Source of the DNA: Candidatus Eiseniibacteriota bacterium
Lineage (GTDB): Bacteria; Eisenbacteria; RBG-16-71-46; JABDJR01
Length of the DNA stretch: 64,000 bases
Reading direction: 5' to 3'
Assembly (NCBI GenBank): GCA_963783375.1
Contig: CAWANH010000028.1
Coordinates: 1 to 64,000, forward strand
Positions within the stretch are counted from its first letter, which is position 1. Each line of letters starts with the position of its first letter. Positions 29,476-41,441 of the stretch are shown here, piece after piece. Below the pieces are notes generated by a model that ran no database searches, had not been told where the DNA came from, and was given only the letters and a program-made list of their open reading frames with translations. The position numbers were made by a program, and so were the translations under genes.

Positions 29476-32138
29476 ACCCCGCGGAGTTCGCCCGGGTGAA
29501 GGAGATCCTGATCGCCGCCCGGGAGCTTCCCCGCGAAGATCGGGCCGCGTTCCTGGACCGCGAGTGCGGGGACGACCGGGCGCTCCGGGCCGAGGTGGAT
29601 TCCCTTCTCGCCCACGAGACCGGCGCGCCGTCGTTGATCGGCACCGGGGGCCTCGGGCGTGGGTTGGGCACGGAGCTTCCGCGTTCGCTGGCCCGCGCCC
29701 TGGGCGAGGATGCCCCCGACCGCATCGGCCCCTACCGGATCCTGGAGGTGCTGGGGGAAGGCGGAATGGGGACGGTGTACCGCGCGGAGCAAGCCGAGCC
29801 CATCCGCCGGGAGGTGGCGCTCAAGCTCGTCCGCCGGGGCCTCGACGGGACGCGCGCCGCGGCCCGGTTCGAGGTCGAGCGGCGGGCGCTGGCCATGATG
29901 GACCACCCCAACATCGCCAAGGTGCTCGACGCGGGAACCGACAAGAACGGCCGGCCCTACTTCGTGATGGAGCTGGTGCGGGGGGCGCCGATCACCGCCT
30001 TCTGCGACCGCGAGCGACTGAGCGTTCGCGAGCGGGTGGAGCTCATGATCCCGGTGTGCCGGGCGGTCCAGCACGCGCACCGGAAGGGAATTCTGCACCG
30101 GGACCTGAAACCCTCCAACGTGCTGGTGACCCTGGAGGACGGGAAACCGGCGCCCAAGGTGATCGATTTCGGGATCGCCAAGGCGGTCCAGGACACCGCG
30201 GAGCCCGGCACTCTCCTCACCGCCGAGGGACAGCTGGTGGGCACCCCGGAGTACATGAGCCCGGAGCAGGCGGGGGTGATCGAGGCCGAGGTGGACACCC
30301 GGACCGACGTCTACGCCCTGGGGGTGGTCCTTTACGAACTCCTGACCGGGCGCCGCCCCCACCGGTTCCGGAACGCCACCCCGGTGGAGCTCCACCGGGT
30401 CCTCTCGCGGGAGGAACCGGAAAGACCGAGCACCGCGTGCAGCCGGGTGGAGGACGAGCCCGAGACGATCGAGCCGCCCACCGACCCGGTCACCCCCCGG
30501 GACGTGGGGCGGGCCCGCGGCGTGAGCCCTACCCGTCTCCGCCGCGAGCTATCCGGCGATCTCGACACCATGGTGCTGATGGCGCTTCGCCGGGAGCCGG
30601 AGCGGCGGTACGGATCGGCCGAGCACTTCGCGGAGGACCTCCGGCGCTACCTGGACGGGCTTCCGGTCCTGGCCCGGAAGGACACCCTGAGATACCGGGC
30701 GGGCAAGTTCGCCCGCCGGCACCGGGTGGCGGTGGGGGCGGCGGCGTTCCTGGCCCTCTTCCTCGCCGGGCTGGCCGTGACCATGACCGTGCAGTCGGCG
30801 CGGGTGGCCCGGGAGCGCGACCGCGCCCTGGCCGCCGAGGCCCGCGCCCGCACCGAAGCCGAGACCGCGGGCCGGGTCACCGATTTCCTGGTGGACCTCT
30901 TCGATGTCTCCGACCCCTCCGAGGCCCGCGGGAACACCATCACCGCCCGGGAGATCCTGGACCGGGGTTCGGCGCGCATTCAGGGCGAGCTGGCCGATCA
31001 GCCCGGAGTGAAGGCGCGGCTCCTGGGGACCCTGGGCCGGGTCTACTCGAGCCTCGGCCTCTATCCCGAGGCCCGCCCCCTGGCCGAGGAGTCCCTGCGC
31101 CTCCGGCGCTCGACCTACGGCGAGGAGTCCCCCGAGACCGCCCGCGGCCTGGCCGACCTCGCCTCCGTCCGTTCCGCCCTGGGAGACTTCGACGCCTCGG
31201 ACTCCCTCTACCGGGCCGCCCTGGACGTGGTGAGGCGGACCGGCGGGGAGGAAACGATGGACATGGCAAACGTGGAAGCCGGGCTGGCCGGGGTGCTTCA
31301 CACCCGGGGCCGGCTGGAGGAGGCGGGACCCCTCTACCGCGACGCCCTAGCCATCAGCCGACGGGTGAAAGGCCCGGAGAGCGCGGAGGCGGCGGATGCG
31401 ATGGGGGCCCTGGCGTCCTTCTATCACGGGACCGGCGAGGTGGACAGCGCCCTGGTCTTGCTCCGGCGAACGGTGGCGCTCGATGAGAAGATCCACGGGG
31501 ACGAGGACCTCCGGACCGCCGACGCCATGAGCGAGCTGGCCGTGCTCCTCAAGAACCTCGAGAAACCCGAGGAGGCCGAGCCCTACTACCGGAAGGCGCT
31601 GGCCATCCGCCGAAAGATCCTGGGGGAAAACCACGACGCGACCGCCCAGAGCATGAACAACCTCGCGGTGTTCCTGAGCGGTCAGGGGCGGTACGCCGAG
31701 GCGGAGAGCCTCGCCGCCGAGGCGGTGGCCGTGGACCGCCGGGTCTACGGCGGAGACCACCTGGACGTGGCCCTGGCGCTCACGAACCTCGCCGGCGCCC
31801 AGGCCAAGAACGGCAAACCGCGGGCGGCGGAGGCGTCCTATCGCGAGGCCATCGCCATGACCCGGCGAACCATGGGAGACGACTACTGGGTGGTGGGGGC
31901 GATCCGGTTCAACTTCGGAAAGCTGTTGTTGGGGGAGGATCGTTTCGGCGAGGCGGAGGCCCAGCTCGTCCCGGCCTACGACATCCTCTCCCGAGGGCTC
32001 GGCCCCGACTCACGACGGGCGGTGCTGGCCGCGGAACGGCTGGCCGCATTCTATGAGACCCGCGGCCGGCCCGACCGGGCCGCCCACTACCGCGCGCTCC
32101 TTCCCGCACCGGAGACGGAGGGCGGAGCGCCCGACTGA
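29472..32138 (+). CDS. Membrane Ser/Thr protein kinase with TPR repeats
   Basis: [35 protein letters not shown], one TM segment, TPR array. Confidence 0.93.
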   Translation: MNPAEFARVKEILIAARELPREDRAAFLDRECGDDRALRAEVDSLLAHETGAPSLIGTGGLGRGLGTELPRSLARALGEDAPDRIGPYRILEVLGEGGMGTVYRAEQAEPIRREVALKLVRRGLDGTRAAARFEVERRALAMMDHPNIAKVLDAGTDKNGRPYFVMELVRGAPITAFCDRERLSVRERVELMIPVCRAVQHAHRKGILHRDLKPSNVLVTLEDGKPAPKVIDFGIAKAVQDTAEPGTLLTAEGQLVGTPEYMSPEQAGVIEAEVDTRTDVYALGVVLYELLTGRRPHRFRNATPVELHRVLSREEPERPSTACSRVEDEPETIEPPTDPVTPRDVGRARGVSPTRLRRELSGDLDTMVLMALRREPERRYGSAEHFAEDLRRYLDGLPVLARKDTLRYRAGKFARRHRVAVGAAAFLALFLAGLAVTMTVQSARVARERDRALAAEARARTEAETAGRVTDFLVDLFDVSDPSEARGNTITAREILDRGSARIQGELADQPGVKARLLGTLGRVYSSLGLYPEARPLAEESLRLRRSTYGEESPETARGLADLASVRSALGDFDASDSLYRAALDVVRRTGGEETMDMANVEAGLAGVLHTRGRLEEAGPLYRDALAISRRVKGPESAEAADAMGALASFYHGTGEVDSALVLLRRTVALDEKIHGDEDLRTADAMSELAVLLKNLEKPEEAEPYYRKALAIRRKILGENHDATAQSMNNLAVFLSGQGRYAEAESLAAEAVAVDRRVYGGDHLDVALALTNLAGAQAKNGKPRAAEASYREAIAMTRRTMGDDYWVVGAIRFNFGKLLLGEDRFGEAEAQLVPAYDILSRGLGPDSRRAVLAAERLAAFYETRGRPDRAAHYRALLPAPETEGGAPD

Positions 32139-32153
32139 CCGGGAGCACGGGGG

Positions 32154-33716
32154 TCACCCCCGCTGGTCGCGGTCCCGGCTCAGGGCCTCCCGCACCTTTC
32201 GGCGCAGATCGGCCGGGCGGAACGGCTTCTGGAGGAACAAGGTGTTCGGGCCCAGGACGTGTCGCCCCACCAGGGCGTCGTCGGTATAGCCGGACATGAA
32301 GAGCACCCTCATGTCCGGACGGCGTGGGGTCAGGGCGTCGGCGATGTCCCGGCCGCTCTTCCGCGGCATGATGACGTCGGTCAGGAGGAGGTGGATGGGA
32401 GCGTCGTAGACCGCGGCGATCTCCAGGGCGTGCTCGGGCAGGCCCGCGGTGAGCACCCGGTACCCCGCGCCGACCAGGATCTCCTCGACCAGCCCGCGCA
32501 CCATCGGTTCGTCCTCCACCAGGAGCACGGTCTCGGTGCCGGACGCGGACTCGGAGACGGCCTCCAGGCTCCGGCCTCGGGTCGGGCTCGGCATCGACCC
32601 GGGGAAGGTAGATCCGGAAGGTGGTCCCCTCGCCGACCGCGCTCTCGCAGAAGATGTATCCCTCGTTCTGCTTGACGATCCCGTACACGGTGGCCAATCC
32701 CAACCCCGTCCCCTTGCCGCGCTCCTTGGTGGTGAAGAACGGCTCGAAGATTCGGGCACGCACATCGGGAGACATGCCCGAGCCGGTATCGGTCATGATC
32801 AGCGCGACGTAGCGCCCCGGTTTCACATGGACGGCTTCCCCGGGGATTCGCTCTCCCAGCGTCACGTTGGCGGTTTGGAGAGTCAGACGGCCGCCCTCAG
32901 GCATGCCGTCCCGCGCGTTCAGCGACCAGGTTCATGACGATCTGCTCGATCTGGCCGGGATCCATCCGGAGCCGCCCCGGCTCGGGGTCGGGCCGGAACT
33001 CCAGCTCCACGTCCTCGCCGATGAGCCGGGGGAGGAAGTTCTGCATCTCCTTCAGGGTATCGGTCATGTCGAGGACGTAGGGCTGGACCACCTGTTTCCG
33101 GTCGAAGGCCAGGAGCTGGCGGGTGAGGTCGCCCGCGCGTTCCGCGGCCTTCAGGACCTCGCCCAGCTGTTCCCGGGCGGGGTCCCCCGCCGGGGTATTC
33201 AGGTACACCATCTGCGTGTAGCCGCCGATCACGCTCAGGAGGTTGTTGAAATCATGGGCGACGCCTCCGGCCAGCCGCCCCACCGCTTCCATCTTCTGGG
33301 ACTCGCGGAGCTGCTCCTGAAGGCTGTCGTGCTCGGCGGAGTTCCGGCCGACGCTCGCATAGGTGATGACCCCGCCGAGTTCGTCCCCGAGAGCGACGGC
33401 CTGCGCCTCCACCTGGATGCTCGTCCCGTCGCGGCGGCGGCGGATGACATCGAACCGGACCACCTCGCCCCGGTTCCGGACGCCGAGCGCCTCTTCCACT
33501 TCCTTGGGCAGGAGTCCGGAGGGAAACACCTTGGCGATCGGGTGACCCATCACTTCCTCCCGCCGCCACCCGTAGAGTTCCTCCGCCGCCCCGATTCCAC
33601 AGGGCGATCCTATGCGACGCATCGACGCCCAGAATGGCGTCGAAGACCGCGTCCAGGATCGGAGTGGGAACCACCGGCGGGACGCCGGATTGCCCGCCAA
33701 TTTCTTCTTCAACCAT
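32154..33716 (-). CDS. PAS hybrid histidine kinase/receiver, broken by three frameshifts (about 33590, 32921, 32575)
   Basis: [14 protein letters not shown]; H-box [12 protein letters not shown]; QIVMNL/NARD; [20 protein letters not shown]; receiver [21 protein letters not shown] spread over four frame segments. Confidence 0.85.
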
Positions 33717-34093
33717 GATTGTTCCCCCTCATCCACCACGGACCCCATGAGCCCGTTCGGTGCGACGGCGCCGGTTCCGGGACGGAACCCGGGCGCCGGG
33801 TTCGGATCGGACGTGGGCCGTGTTTGTCGGGAGGGGCTCACTCCCCTCCGGACATGGCCGGTCAACGATTCGCCCAACCAAGTGCGTCCGCAATCAGGGG
33901 GATCGAAAGTCGGAACCGCTTGGGCGACCGGCGCTCACCGCCCGGTCGAAGTTTGATTGTCTCTGATGCTGATTGTCTGTGATGTGGGTAGATCCAGAAT
34001 ATTCTGGTGCAAGCACGAAAGTCAATCAGCTCATTTCAGGACATCCGTGTGCATTTGGTTTTAAATCAACGACCAACATCGATGAGATTCGGC

Positions 34094-34136
34094 TTGCGTC
34101 CGTATCTGACCGAGTGTATATTGTCGGTAATACACT
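34094..34136 (+). promoter_or_regulatory. Promoter with YtrA-type GntR operator
   Basis: TTGCGT-17bp-TATATT overlapped by inverted repeat AGTGTA-N12-TACACT (34113-34136), resembling the YtrA box. Confidence 0.75.
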
Positions 34137-34150
34137 AGCAGGTGGGAGCC

Positions 34151-34565
34151 ATGCTCATCGTTCTCGATCATCACAGCGGGATCCCGGTATACCGGCAGCT
34201 CATGGACCAGATCAAGTTCCACATCGCCTCCGGCCTGGTGAAGGCGGGCGAGGAGGTGCCCTCGACCCGCGCGCTCTCACTCGAGCTGGGGCTGAACCCC
34301 ATGACGGTGAGCAAGGCCTACGGGTACCTGGAGCGGGAGGGGGTCCTGGAGCGCCGGCCGGGTCTTCCGTTGGTGGTCACCCCACGGGCGGGTGATCTAC
34401 GGGAGGCCCGGTGGGAGCAGGTCCGCCAGAGCCTCGCCCCCGCCGCGGTGATGGTTCGCCAGCTCGGAGTTCCGCCCGCCGAGGCGGTGGGGATGTTCCA
34501 GGACATGTTGAAGGAGAGCCGACGGCGAACCCGCCGACGACCACGATCCGGAGAGTGCATCATGA
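34151..34565 (+). CDS. GntR (YtrA-subfamily) regulator, probable frameshift near 34515
   Basis: PVYRQL..PSTRALS..NPMTVSKAY; the alternative frame ADGEPADDHDPESAS* ends in an ATGA overlap. Confidence 0.8.
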
Positions 34566-35492
34566 ACCGACTCGATTCTCGGATTCAGGTTTCCCAGCCC
34601 GCAACCGCGGCCCCAGCCTTCGAACTCCGCGACGTGACCAAGCAGTTCGGAAGCGTGACCGCTCTGGACCGGGTCACCGTCTCGATTCCCCCGCGCTCGG
34701 TGGTGGGACTGATCGGCCGGAACGGAAGCGGCAAGACCACGCTGCTTCGCCACCTGGTCGGTCTGGCCCTCCCCACCCGCGGATCCTGCTATACCCTGGG
34801 GGTCTCCGCCGGACGAGCTGGGATCGGCGGAACTCTCCCGGATCGGGGTCGTGAACCAGGAGAACCGGTTCATCGACTGGATGTCCGTGGACGAGCACAT
34901 CCGCTACGTGTCCTCGTTCTACCCCCACTGGGACCGCGATCTGGAGACGCGCCTCCTCAAGGACCTGGAACTCGATCGCCGGGCCCGGGTGGGCGCCCTC
35001 TCCCCCGGCAACGTCCAGAAGCTGGCGGTCATCCTGGCGGTGGGACACCATCCCGACCTCCTCCTCCTCGACGAGCCGGTGAGCGCCCTGGACCCCATCT
35101 CCCGGGCCGGCATGCTCCGCTTCCTGGTCGAGCTCCTCCAGGAGGGGACGCGGACGATCGTGATTTCCTCCCACGTGCTCACCGACATCGAGAGGATGGT
35201 GGATCACGTGATCTGCCTCCACCAGGGACGACTCCGGGTGTCGGCCGGGTTCGACGAGCTCCGGGAGCGGTTCTGCGAATGGATGGTCACCTCGAAGAAC
35301 GGCCGCCTTCCCGTGTACTTCCCGGAGCGATACGTGGTGGCCCATCAGGGGAACAGCTTCCAGGCGGTGGTGAGCGTCCGGGACGCCGGGGATCGCCTGC
35401 CGGAGTTCAAGATCCGCTACGAGGCCGAGGTGGCGATCCGACCGTTGAACCTGGAGCGGCTCTTCCCGCTCCTCCTGGAGGAGAAGGTGTGA
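34562..35492 (+). CDS. ABC transporter ATP-binding protein (YtrB-like), frameshift near 34811
   Basis: Walker A GRNGSGKTT in one frame; LSPG, LLLLDEP, SSH in the next. Confidence 0.82.
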
Positions 35493-37021
35493 TGAACGCG
35501 GTGGCGCTTCCCCGGCTTCTCCGCCGGCCGTCGTTTCTGGTCTGGCTCTTCGTGGGGCTCTCCATGACGCTCCTCCTGGTCTCCTTCGACTTCAGCTTTC
35601 ACGGCTACGGTGGAGACGCGCTCCACGTGGTCGCGAGCCTCGACCGGTCCGCCCCCGGTGAGCGGGCCCTTCACGTCCTCCGCTTCCTGAGCCTCTGCGC
35701 TCCGGCCGTCCTGGGCTTTCTGATCGGCCAGACGGTCCAGGAGCTCTACCACACCACCTTCGCCTGGAACCTCCCGGCCCTCAGACGGAGCGTCGCGGGG
35801 CAGGTGATCCTGGCCGGGGCGATCGTCTCCATCCCGGTGGTTCTCGGTTTCCGGGCACTGGGCGGAAGCACGCCTCCGATCCCCCTCGCCGCCTTCGCGC
35901 TCCTCTGGTTCCTGCTGGGAACCGGGGTGGAGGGGAGCCTCATCCAACTCCGTCAGAGCGACTTCGGACGAGTTAGCCTTATCGCCCTGCTGGCCGCGGG
36001 CGTCCTCATCGATCCGCTCTTCCGCGTCGTGGACCTCTATCCCTGGGCGGGGGCGCTGTCGGCTCTCCTGCTCGGCGCGGCATGCGTGCGATGGGGGTAC
36101 GGCACCGAGGCGGCAAGGCGGCGCCCGGTGGTCCCGACCCTGTCCCTGGTCAGCACCTTCTCGGGGGCGGCCAAGAATCGCTACCGGCAGGAGGTCCGGT
36201 CCTACGCTCCGGGTACGGGCGTCGCCTGGACCGAGCCGCTTGCCGCGGCGGAGACTCCCGGCTGGGTCCGGGCCGAAAGCTACGAATCCTACGGCTACCG
36301 CCGGACCGGATCGGCACGGGTGCTCCTGGGGACCGTCATCTTCACCGTTCTCTTCGTGGGCCTCTTCGCTTTCCAGAGCGGGATCGAGGCGACCGGGAAC
36401 CGTAGCGACGGTCTCCGCTACGCCCTCGCCACCTTTCTCCAGGCCCCTCTGGCCACGGCGGGCGATCACGCCCCCCCATACCTGCTCCTGGGCTGGTTCC
36501 TGGGCACGGTGGCCTGGGCCTACGTGGCCACGTCGTCCTCCCTGCGGCTCCAGGCCCTCCCTTATCCCCTGTCCCGAACCGACCTCTCCCGGATCACCTA
36601 CCGGGCCGGCCTCCGTCTGGTCACCCGGTTCTGTTCGGTGGCGGCGTTCCTCATCGCCGCGACGGTTCTGATCCTCTTCCTTTCCGGCTACCGGACGGGA
36701 CCCCTGGACGCCCTGCCCGGCTTCATACGCTCCCTGGCCCTGGTGTTCGCGCTCATGCCCTTGCCGCTCGTCTTCCGGACCACCGGGATTACCGGGTCCT
36801 GCCGGGGGCGGCGGTCCAACCGGATCACGTTTCTCTCGGTGGGCTCGGTGCTGGTCACGGCCGGCCTGGTGGCCGCGACCACCCGTTGGCTTCCGGCGTG
36901 GCTCGGGAGACCGGGCCCCGTCGTCGAAGGGGCGCTCCTCCTGGCCCTGATGGCGGCGTCCCAGTTCGGCTACCGCCGATGGCTGCGCGCCTATTTCCGG
37001 AAGGCGGACCTGGCATGTTGA
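35492..37021 (+). CDS. Polytopic membrane protein, probable ABC permease
   Basis: Many hydrophobic segments; coupled to the ATPase by a TGATG overlap. Confidence 0.7.
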   Translation: MNAVALPRLLRRPSFLVWLFVGLSMTLLLVSFDFSFHGYGGDALHVVASLDRSAPGERALHVLRFLSLCAPAVLGFLIGQTVQELYHTTFAWNLPALRRSVAGQVILAGAIVSIPVVLGFRALGGSTPPIPLAAFALLWFLLGTGVEGSLIQLRQSDFGRVSLIALLAAGVLIDPLFRVVDLYPWAGALSALLLGAACVRWGYGTEAARRRPVVPTLSLVSTFSGAAKNRYRQEVRSYAPGTGVAWTEPLAAAETPGWVRAESYESYGYRRTGSARVLLGTVIFTVLFVGLFAFQSGIEATGNRSDGLRYALATFLQAPLATAGDHAPPYLLLGWFLGTVAWAYVATSSSLRLQALPYPLSRTDLSRITYRAGLRLVTRFCSVAAFLIAATVLILFLSGYRTGPLDALPGFIRSLALVFALMPLPLVFRTTGITGSCRGRRSNRITFLSVGSVLVTAGLVAATTRWLPAWLGRPGPVVEGALLLALMAASQFGYRRWLRAYFRKADLAC

Positions 37022-37088
37022 CCGCCATTCCCCAGCGGCCCCATTCTCGATTTCCCTCGGTCCCATCACCCAACACGAGGTGCGATCC

Positions 37089-37991
37089 ATGAACGAGACC
37101 CTCGAAGTGCGCGACGTTCGAAAGACCTTCGACAAGTTCACCGCGGTGGACGGGGTGTCCCTGAAGGTGCCCGCAGGCACGGTGTTCGGCCTCCTCGGAC
37201 CGAACGGGGCGGGGAAGACCACCACCATCCGCATGATCATGGACATCATCGCCCCCGATTCCGGAGAGGTCCTCTTCTTCGGGCGGCCGCGCCAAAGCGG
37301 CGACCTTCACCGGATCGGCTATCTCCCGGAGGAACGCGGGCTCTACCGGAAGATGACGGTGGCCGACCACCTGACCTTCTTCGGGGAACTCCACGGCCTG
37401 AGGAAGCGCGAGCTGAAACCCAAGATCGACCTCTGGCTCCAGAGGGTGGGCCTCGAGACCTGGGCGGCCAAGAAGGTGGAGGAACTCTCCAAGGGAATGC
37501 AGCAGAAGATCCAGCTGGTGGGAACCCTCATCCACGAGCCGGAGATCGTGATCCTGGACGAGCCCTTCTCGGGCCTCGATCCCATCAACCAGCAGCTCTT
37601 CAAGGATCTCCTGGCCGAATACGAGAAGGCCGGGCGGACCATCCTCTTCTCCACCCACGTGATGGAACAGGCCGAGAAGCTCTGCGATCACGTCTGCCTC
37701 ATCTCCAAGGGGAGGGTGATCCTGGATGGGGAACTCCGGGCGATCAAGGAGCGTCTGGGCGGGAACTCCTACCGTCTGAGCGGCCGCGGGGACATGAGCC
37801 GGCTCTCCGACGTGCCGGGGGTGGACCAGGCCGTCGCCCAGGACGGGATGGCGAAGCTCCTCCTCCGACCGGGGGTCGAGGGCTCGGCGGTGCTCCGGGA
37901 GATCGTGCAGTTTCTCGAAGTGGACGAGTTCCGCTCCGAAGAGCCGGATCTGGAAGAGATCTTCATCAAGGCGGTGAACGATGCGCGCTGA
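37089..37991 (+). CDS. ABC-2 ATP-binding protein (NatA/YhaQ-like)
   Basis: GPNGAGKTT, YLPEERGLY, LSKGMQQK, ILDEPF. Confidence 0.92.
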   Translation: MNETLEVRDVRKTFDKFTAVDGVSLKVPAGTVFGLLGPNGAGKTTTIRMIMDIIAPDSGEVLFFGRPRQSGDLHRIGYLPEERGLYRKMTVADHLTFFGELHGLRKRELKPKIDLWLQRVGLETWAAKKVEELSKGMQQKIQLVGTLIHEPEIVILDEPFSGLDPINQQLFKDLLAEYEKAGRTILFSTHVMEQAEKLCDHVCLISKGRVILDGELRAIKERLGGNSYRLSGRGDMSRLSDVPGVDQAVAQDGMAKLLLRPGVEGSAVLREIVQFLEVDEFRSEEPDLEEIFIKAVNDAR

Positions 37992-39258
37992 CAAGATGCT
38001 GGTGATCGCGAAGCGGGAGTACGTGACCCGGGTGAAGACCAAGGGCTTCTGGATCGCCACGGTCCTGCTTCCCGTCTTCATGCTGTCCATGACCCTCCTC
38101 CCCGCCCTCGTCATGAGCAAGGCCAAGACCAGCCACCGGGTCGTGATCGTCGACGCGACGGGTGAGGTGGCCGGCCCCCTGCGGGAGAAGCTGGAGAAGC
38201 GGGAGGCCTCCGGGCGCGGTGAGATCCGCTTCGAGATGGAAACCCGATCTCCCGCCGCGGATACCGAGGCCCAGCGGGCGGCTCTCGACCGCCAGGTCCT
38301 GAACGGAGACATCAACTCCTGGGTCTGGGTCACCCGCGACGGCCTGGACCGGGGCAAGGTGGAATACCACTCCGAGAACATCTCCAACTTCGCCACCCAA
38401 TCGGTGCTGGAGAACGCGCTCACCGACGTGGTGCGCCGGGCCAAGCTCACCGCCGCCGGGCTCGATCCGGACCAGATCGAGGGGCTCGACCGGTCCATCG
38501 GCCTCAACACCATCCGGATCACCGAGAGCGGAAGCCGGGAGGAGCGCGGCGAAGCGGGGTTCATCTTCGCCTACCTTCTCTTCTTCCTCCTCTACATCGT
38601 GCTCATCATCTACGGCCAGCAGGTCATGCAGGGAGTGCTGGAGGAGAAGACCTCCCGGGTGGTGGAGGTGGTGATCTCCTCGGCCAGCCCGTTCGAGCTG
38701 ATGCTGGGAAAGCTCATCGGCATCTGCTGCACCGGGCTCACCCAGCTCGCGGTGTGGCTGGGGACGGTGGCGGTGGTGACCGCGCCGGGCATCGTCGCTT
38801 CGATCGCCTGGCTCCCCTCGGATTTCCAGATCCCCACCCTGCCGGTCTCCCTGATCCTCCACTTCTTCGCCCTGTTCCTCCTGGGCTTCTTCGTCTTCGC
38901 GAGCTTCTACGCGGCCATCGGGGCCTCGTTCAACTCCGCCCAGGAGGCCCAACAGCTCTCCACCTTCGCCATCATGTTCCTGATCGCGCCCTTCATCTTC
39001 ATGATGCCGGTGATCAACGACCCCGACTCGACCCTGGCGGTGGTGACCTCCCTCATTCCCGTCTTCACCCCGCTGGTCATGATGCTCCGCCTGGCGGTGA
39101 AGGCGCCGCCGTGGTGGCAGATCGTCCTCGCCTACACGCTCACCGGAGGCTTCACGCTGTTCATGATCTGGGTGGCGGCGCGGATCTACCGGGTGGGGAT
39201 CCTGATGTACGGGAAGAAGCCGACGGTGCAGGAGATCCTGCGCTGGACGCGGTACTAG
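37981..39258 (+). CDS. ABC-2 permease (NatB/YhaP-like)
   Basis: KREYVTRVKTKGF, VLEEKTSRVVEV, IYRVGILMYG. Confidence 0.9.
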   Translation: MRADKMLVIAKREYVTRVKTKGFWIATVLLPVFMLSMTLLPALVMSKAKTSHRVVIVDATGEVAGPLREKLEKREASGRGEIRFEMETRSPAADTEAQRAALDRQVLNGDINSWVWVTRDGLDRGKVEYHSENISNFATQSVLENALTDVVRRAKLTAAGLDPDQIEGLDRSIGLNTIRITESGSREERGEAGFIFAYLLFFLLYIVLIIYGQQVMQGVLEEKTSRVVEVVISSASPFELMLGKLIGICCTGLTQLAVWLGTVAVVTAPGIVASIAWLPSDFQIPTLPVSLILHFFALFLLGFFVFASFYAAIGASFNSAQEAQQLSTFAIMFLIAPFIFMMPVINDPDSTLAVVTSLIPVFTPLVMMLRLAVKAPPWWQIVLAYTLTGGFTLFMIWVAARIYRVGILMYGKKPTVQEILRWTRY

Positions 39259-39276
39259 CAGCTCCCGCGAGGGGGT

Positions 39277-41193
39277 TCAGCGCAGGCGGTCGGTGACGGC
39301 CGGCGGGAGCGTGACCCCGGCCTGAGCCGCCTTCCCGGCCCAGGTCCGGGCCTCGTCGGTCCGGCCCGCCTCGAGGAGCGCGTCGATGAGCCCGGCGTAG
39401 GCGGAGGGGAGCCGCGGGTTCCGCTCCAGGGCGGCCCGGAACATGGCCTCGGCCCGCGGGTCGTGGCGCGCGTGAAGGAGCAGGCCCCGGTAGAGGTAGG
39501 GCGCGGCGGCGGCCGGATCCAGCCGGCTCGCCTCGGCCATGGTTCGCTCGCAATCCTCCCCCCGGCCGGCGGCGTAGTAGAGGATCCCCAGGTTGGCGAG
39601 GATGGAGGGGTCCTCGGGAGCCCCGCGGAGCGCCGCCTCCAGCTCCCGGATCGCTCCCGGCACGTCCCCGCGGGCGGCTTTGAGCTGCCCCAGGCGCAGG
39701 TGCGCGCCCACCGAGGCCGGGTCGCGGGCCAGGGCCTCCTCGTAGGCCTCGACGGCCCGCCCGGGATTTCCGTCCGCCTCGTAGGCCTCCCCCACCTGCA
39801 CGAAGAGCTGTCCCTCCCAGAGCGGATTCCGGTTGGCCCCCAGCGGCGACCGCCAGGTGAGCGCGACGAAGACCACGATTTCGAGCGCGGCGATCCCCAC
39901 CGCGAAGCGCCGGCGCTCACGCCAGATCCCGAAGCCCCGGACGAGGGCGTACCCCGAGAACACGGCCAGAACCGGCACCGCGGGGAGCCGGAGCCGGGAC
40001 ATGACGAAGAAGAGGAGCGCGGAGAGCGCCACCGCCAGCAACACCGCGACCGATGCGGCGAGGGGGACGCGACCCCGGGGCGGGACGCGCCGGTTGGCCC
40101 GCGCGGCCAGCACCAACCCCAACAGCCCGAGGGCGACCAGGAGGTTGAACGGGAGGGCGAGGATCCGGAGCATCGGGACCTTCGACACCTCGATCGGAAA
40201 GCTCCCGTTCACCGTCTCCTCCTGGCGCCCCACCAGCATCCAGGCTTTCCGCGCCTCCAGCCACAGCCAGCGGCCGGGCGCGGCGCCGATCTCCCCCAGC
40301 GCCCGGCGAAACCACCATCGCGAAGCCTCGGACGGGGGGAGCGGACGCCCGACCGCGGCCATGGCCACCGAATCGGCGTCCGCCTCCTGGGTCCGGATGT
40401 TGTTCCCGACCCCGGGGATGGCCGCGTAGACCCCGGTCGCCCCCCGGTAGTTCCCCATGTAGAAGTTGACGCCCCCGGCGGTGGCCACCGGGGTGAATGC
40501 CCCGCGAGCTACGTTGTGGACGGTGACCGGCAGGAGGGCGAAGAGCGCGGCCAGCGCGTAGGCGGCCGGGAGCCGCCGGGGCGCCCGGCCGCGGATCGCG
40601 CGCCAGGCGTAGACCACGACCAGGATCGCCGGAACCAGGATCAGGTTGGCCCGGACCGCGGCCAGGAGCCCCGCGGCCAGGCCGGCGCCGATCGCCCAGA
40701 GCACGCCGCGGCGGCGGCGGATCGCGGTTTCGGCCTCGGCGGAGGCGAACACCGTGACCAGGGTCAGGAAGACCGAGAGGGTGGCGCCGAGGAGCTTGGT
40801 CTCGTAGTAATACAGCGCCGCGTAGGCCAGGAGCATGGCCCCGGCCAGTAGCCCGGTTCCCGGCCCGAAGAGCCGCCGGCCCAGGAACGCGGTGATCACC
40901 ACGATCGATACCCCGAGCGCGGCCTGGACCAGCACCCCGGCCAGGGGCTCCACTCCGAAGATCCGGAACACCAGGCCGAGGAAGAAGGCGTAGCCCGGGG
41001 CCTGGTAATAGGGCGCGTCGGTGAAGGGAAGCCCGCGGGCCAGCAGCGCGGCCTGGTCCCGGTAGAGCGCGGCGTCGAGGAGGGGATGGCGGAGGAACGG
41101 GAGGGCGTGGGCGTCGGTGACGAGGAATGCCGCGCGCAGGAGCGCCGCGGCCAGGGCCAGAAAAATGACGCCGATCAGGAAGCGGCGCTCCAT
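39277..41193 (-). CDS. ArnT/PMT-like (GT-C) membrane glycosyltransferase with C-terminal TPRs
   Basis: DAALY, YYQAPGY, GGVNFYMGN, FFVMSRLRLP; TPR tail; start could be 41220. Confidence 0.78.
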   Translation of the reverse strand: MERRFLIGVIFLALAAALLRAAFLVTDAHALPFLRHPLLDAALYRDQAALLARGLPFTDAPYYQAPGYAFFLGLVFRIFGVEPLAGVLVQAALGVSIVVITAFLGRRLFGPGTGLLAGAMLLAYAALYYYETKLLGATLSVFLTLVTVFASAEAETAIRRRRGVLWAIGAGLAAGLLAAVRANLILVPAILVVVYAWRAIRGRAPRRLPAAYALAALFALLPVTVHNVARGAFTPVATAGGVNFYMGNYRGATGVYAAIPGVGNNIRTQEADADSVAMAAVGRPLPPSEASRWWFRRALGEIGAAPGRWLWLEARKAWMLVGRQEETVNGSFPIEVSKVPMLRILALPFNLLVALGLLGLVLAARANRRVPPRGRVPLAASVAVLLAVALSALLFFVMSRLRLPAVPVLAVFSGYALVRGFGIWRERRRFAVGIAALEIVVFVALTWRSPLGANRNPLWEGQLFVQVGEAYEADGNPGRAVEAYEEALARDPASVGAHLRLGQLKAARGDVPGAIRELEAALRGAPEDPSILANLGILYYAAGRGEDCERTMAEASRLDPAAAAPYLYRGLLLHARHDPRAEAMFRAALERNPRLPSAYAGLIDALLEAGRTDEARTWAGKAAQAGVTLPPAVTDRLR

Positions 41194-41441
41194 GGGGTCG
41201 GACGGTTTGGGCTTGGGCAAGGGAACTTGAATCTAGCCGGGGCGGGAGGACGGGTCAATTCCGGAGCGCGCAGCCGACCGGATCCGTCGGATGGCCCGGG
41301 GAAGGCGGGGGTCGGGGGCGCGGGAGTGCGGGGGCGCGGGAGGGGCGGGGGGCGCGGGGGGCGCGGCAAGCCCCCTGGGCGAACCGCCGCGAATCTGGCA
41401 AGCTGTCCGGTTCCGTTTCCCCCGTCCCGAGGGCTCACGAC

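Noticed and set aside
33880-34090. AT-rich patch as foreign DNA or an att site
   Set aside because: Short, lies between divergent genes, no integrase or tRNA nearby; consistent with promoter DNA
34142-37021. 959-aa GntR-ATPase-permease fusion
   Set aside because: The middle reads as off-frame nonsense while the ATPase motifs lie in another frame; two indels explain it as three genes
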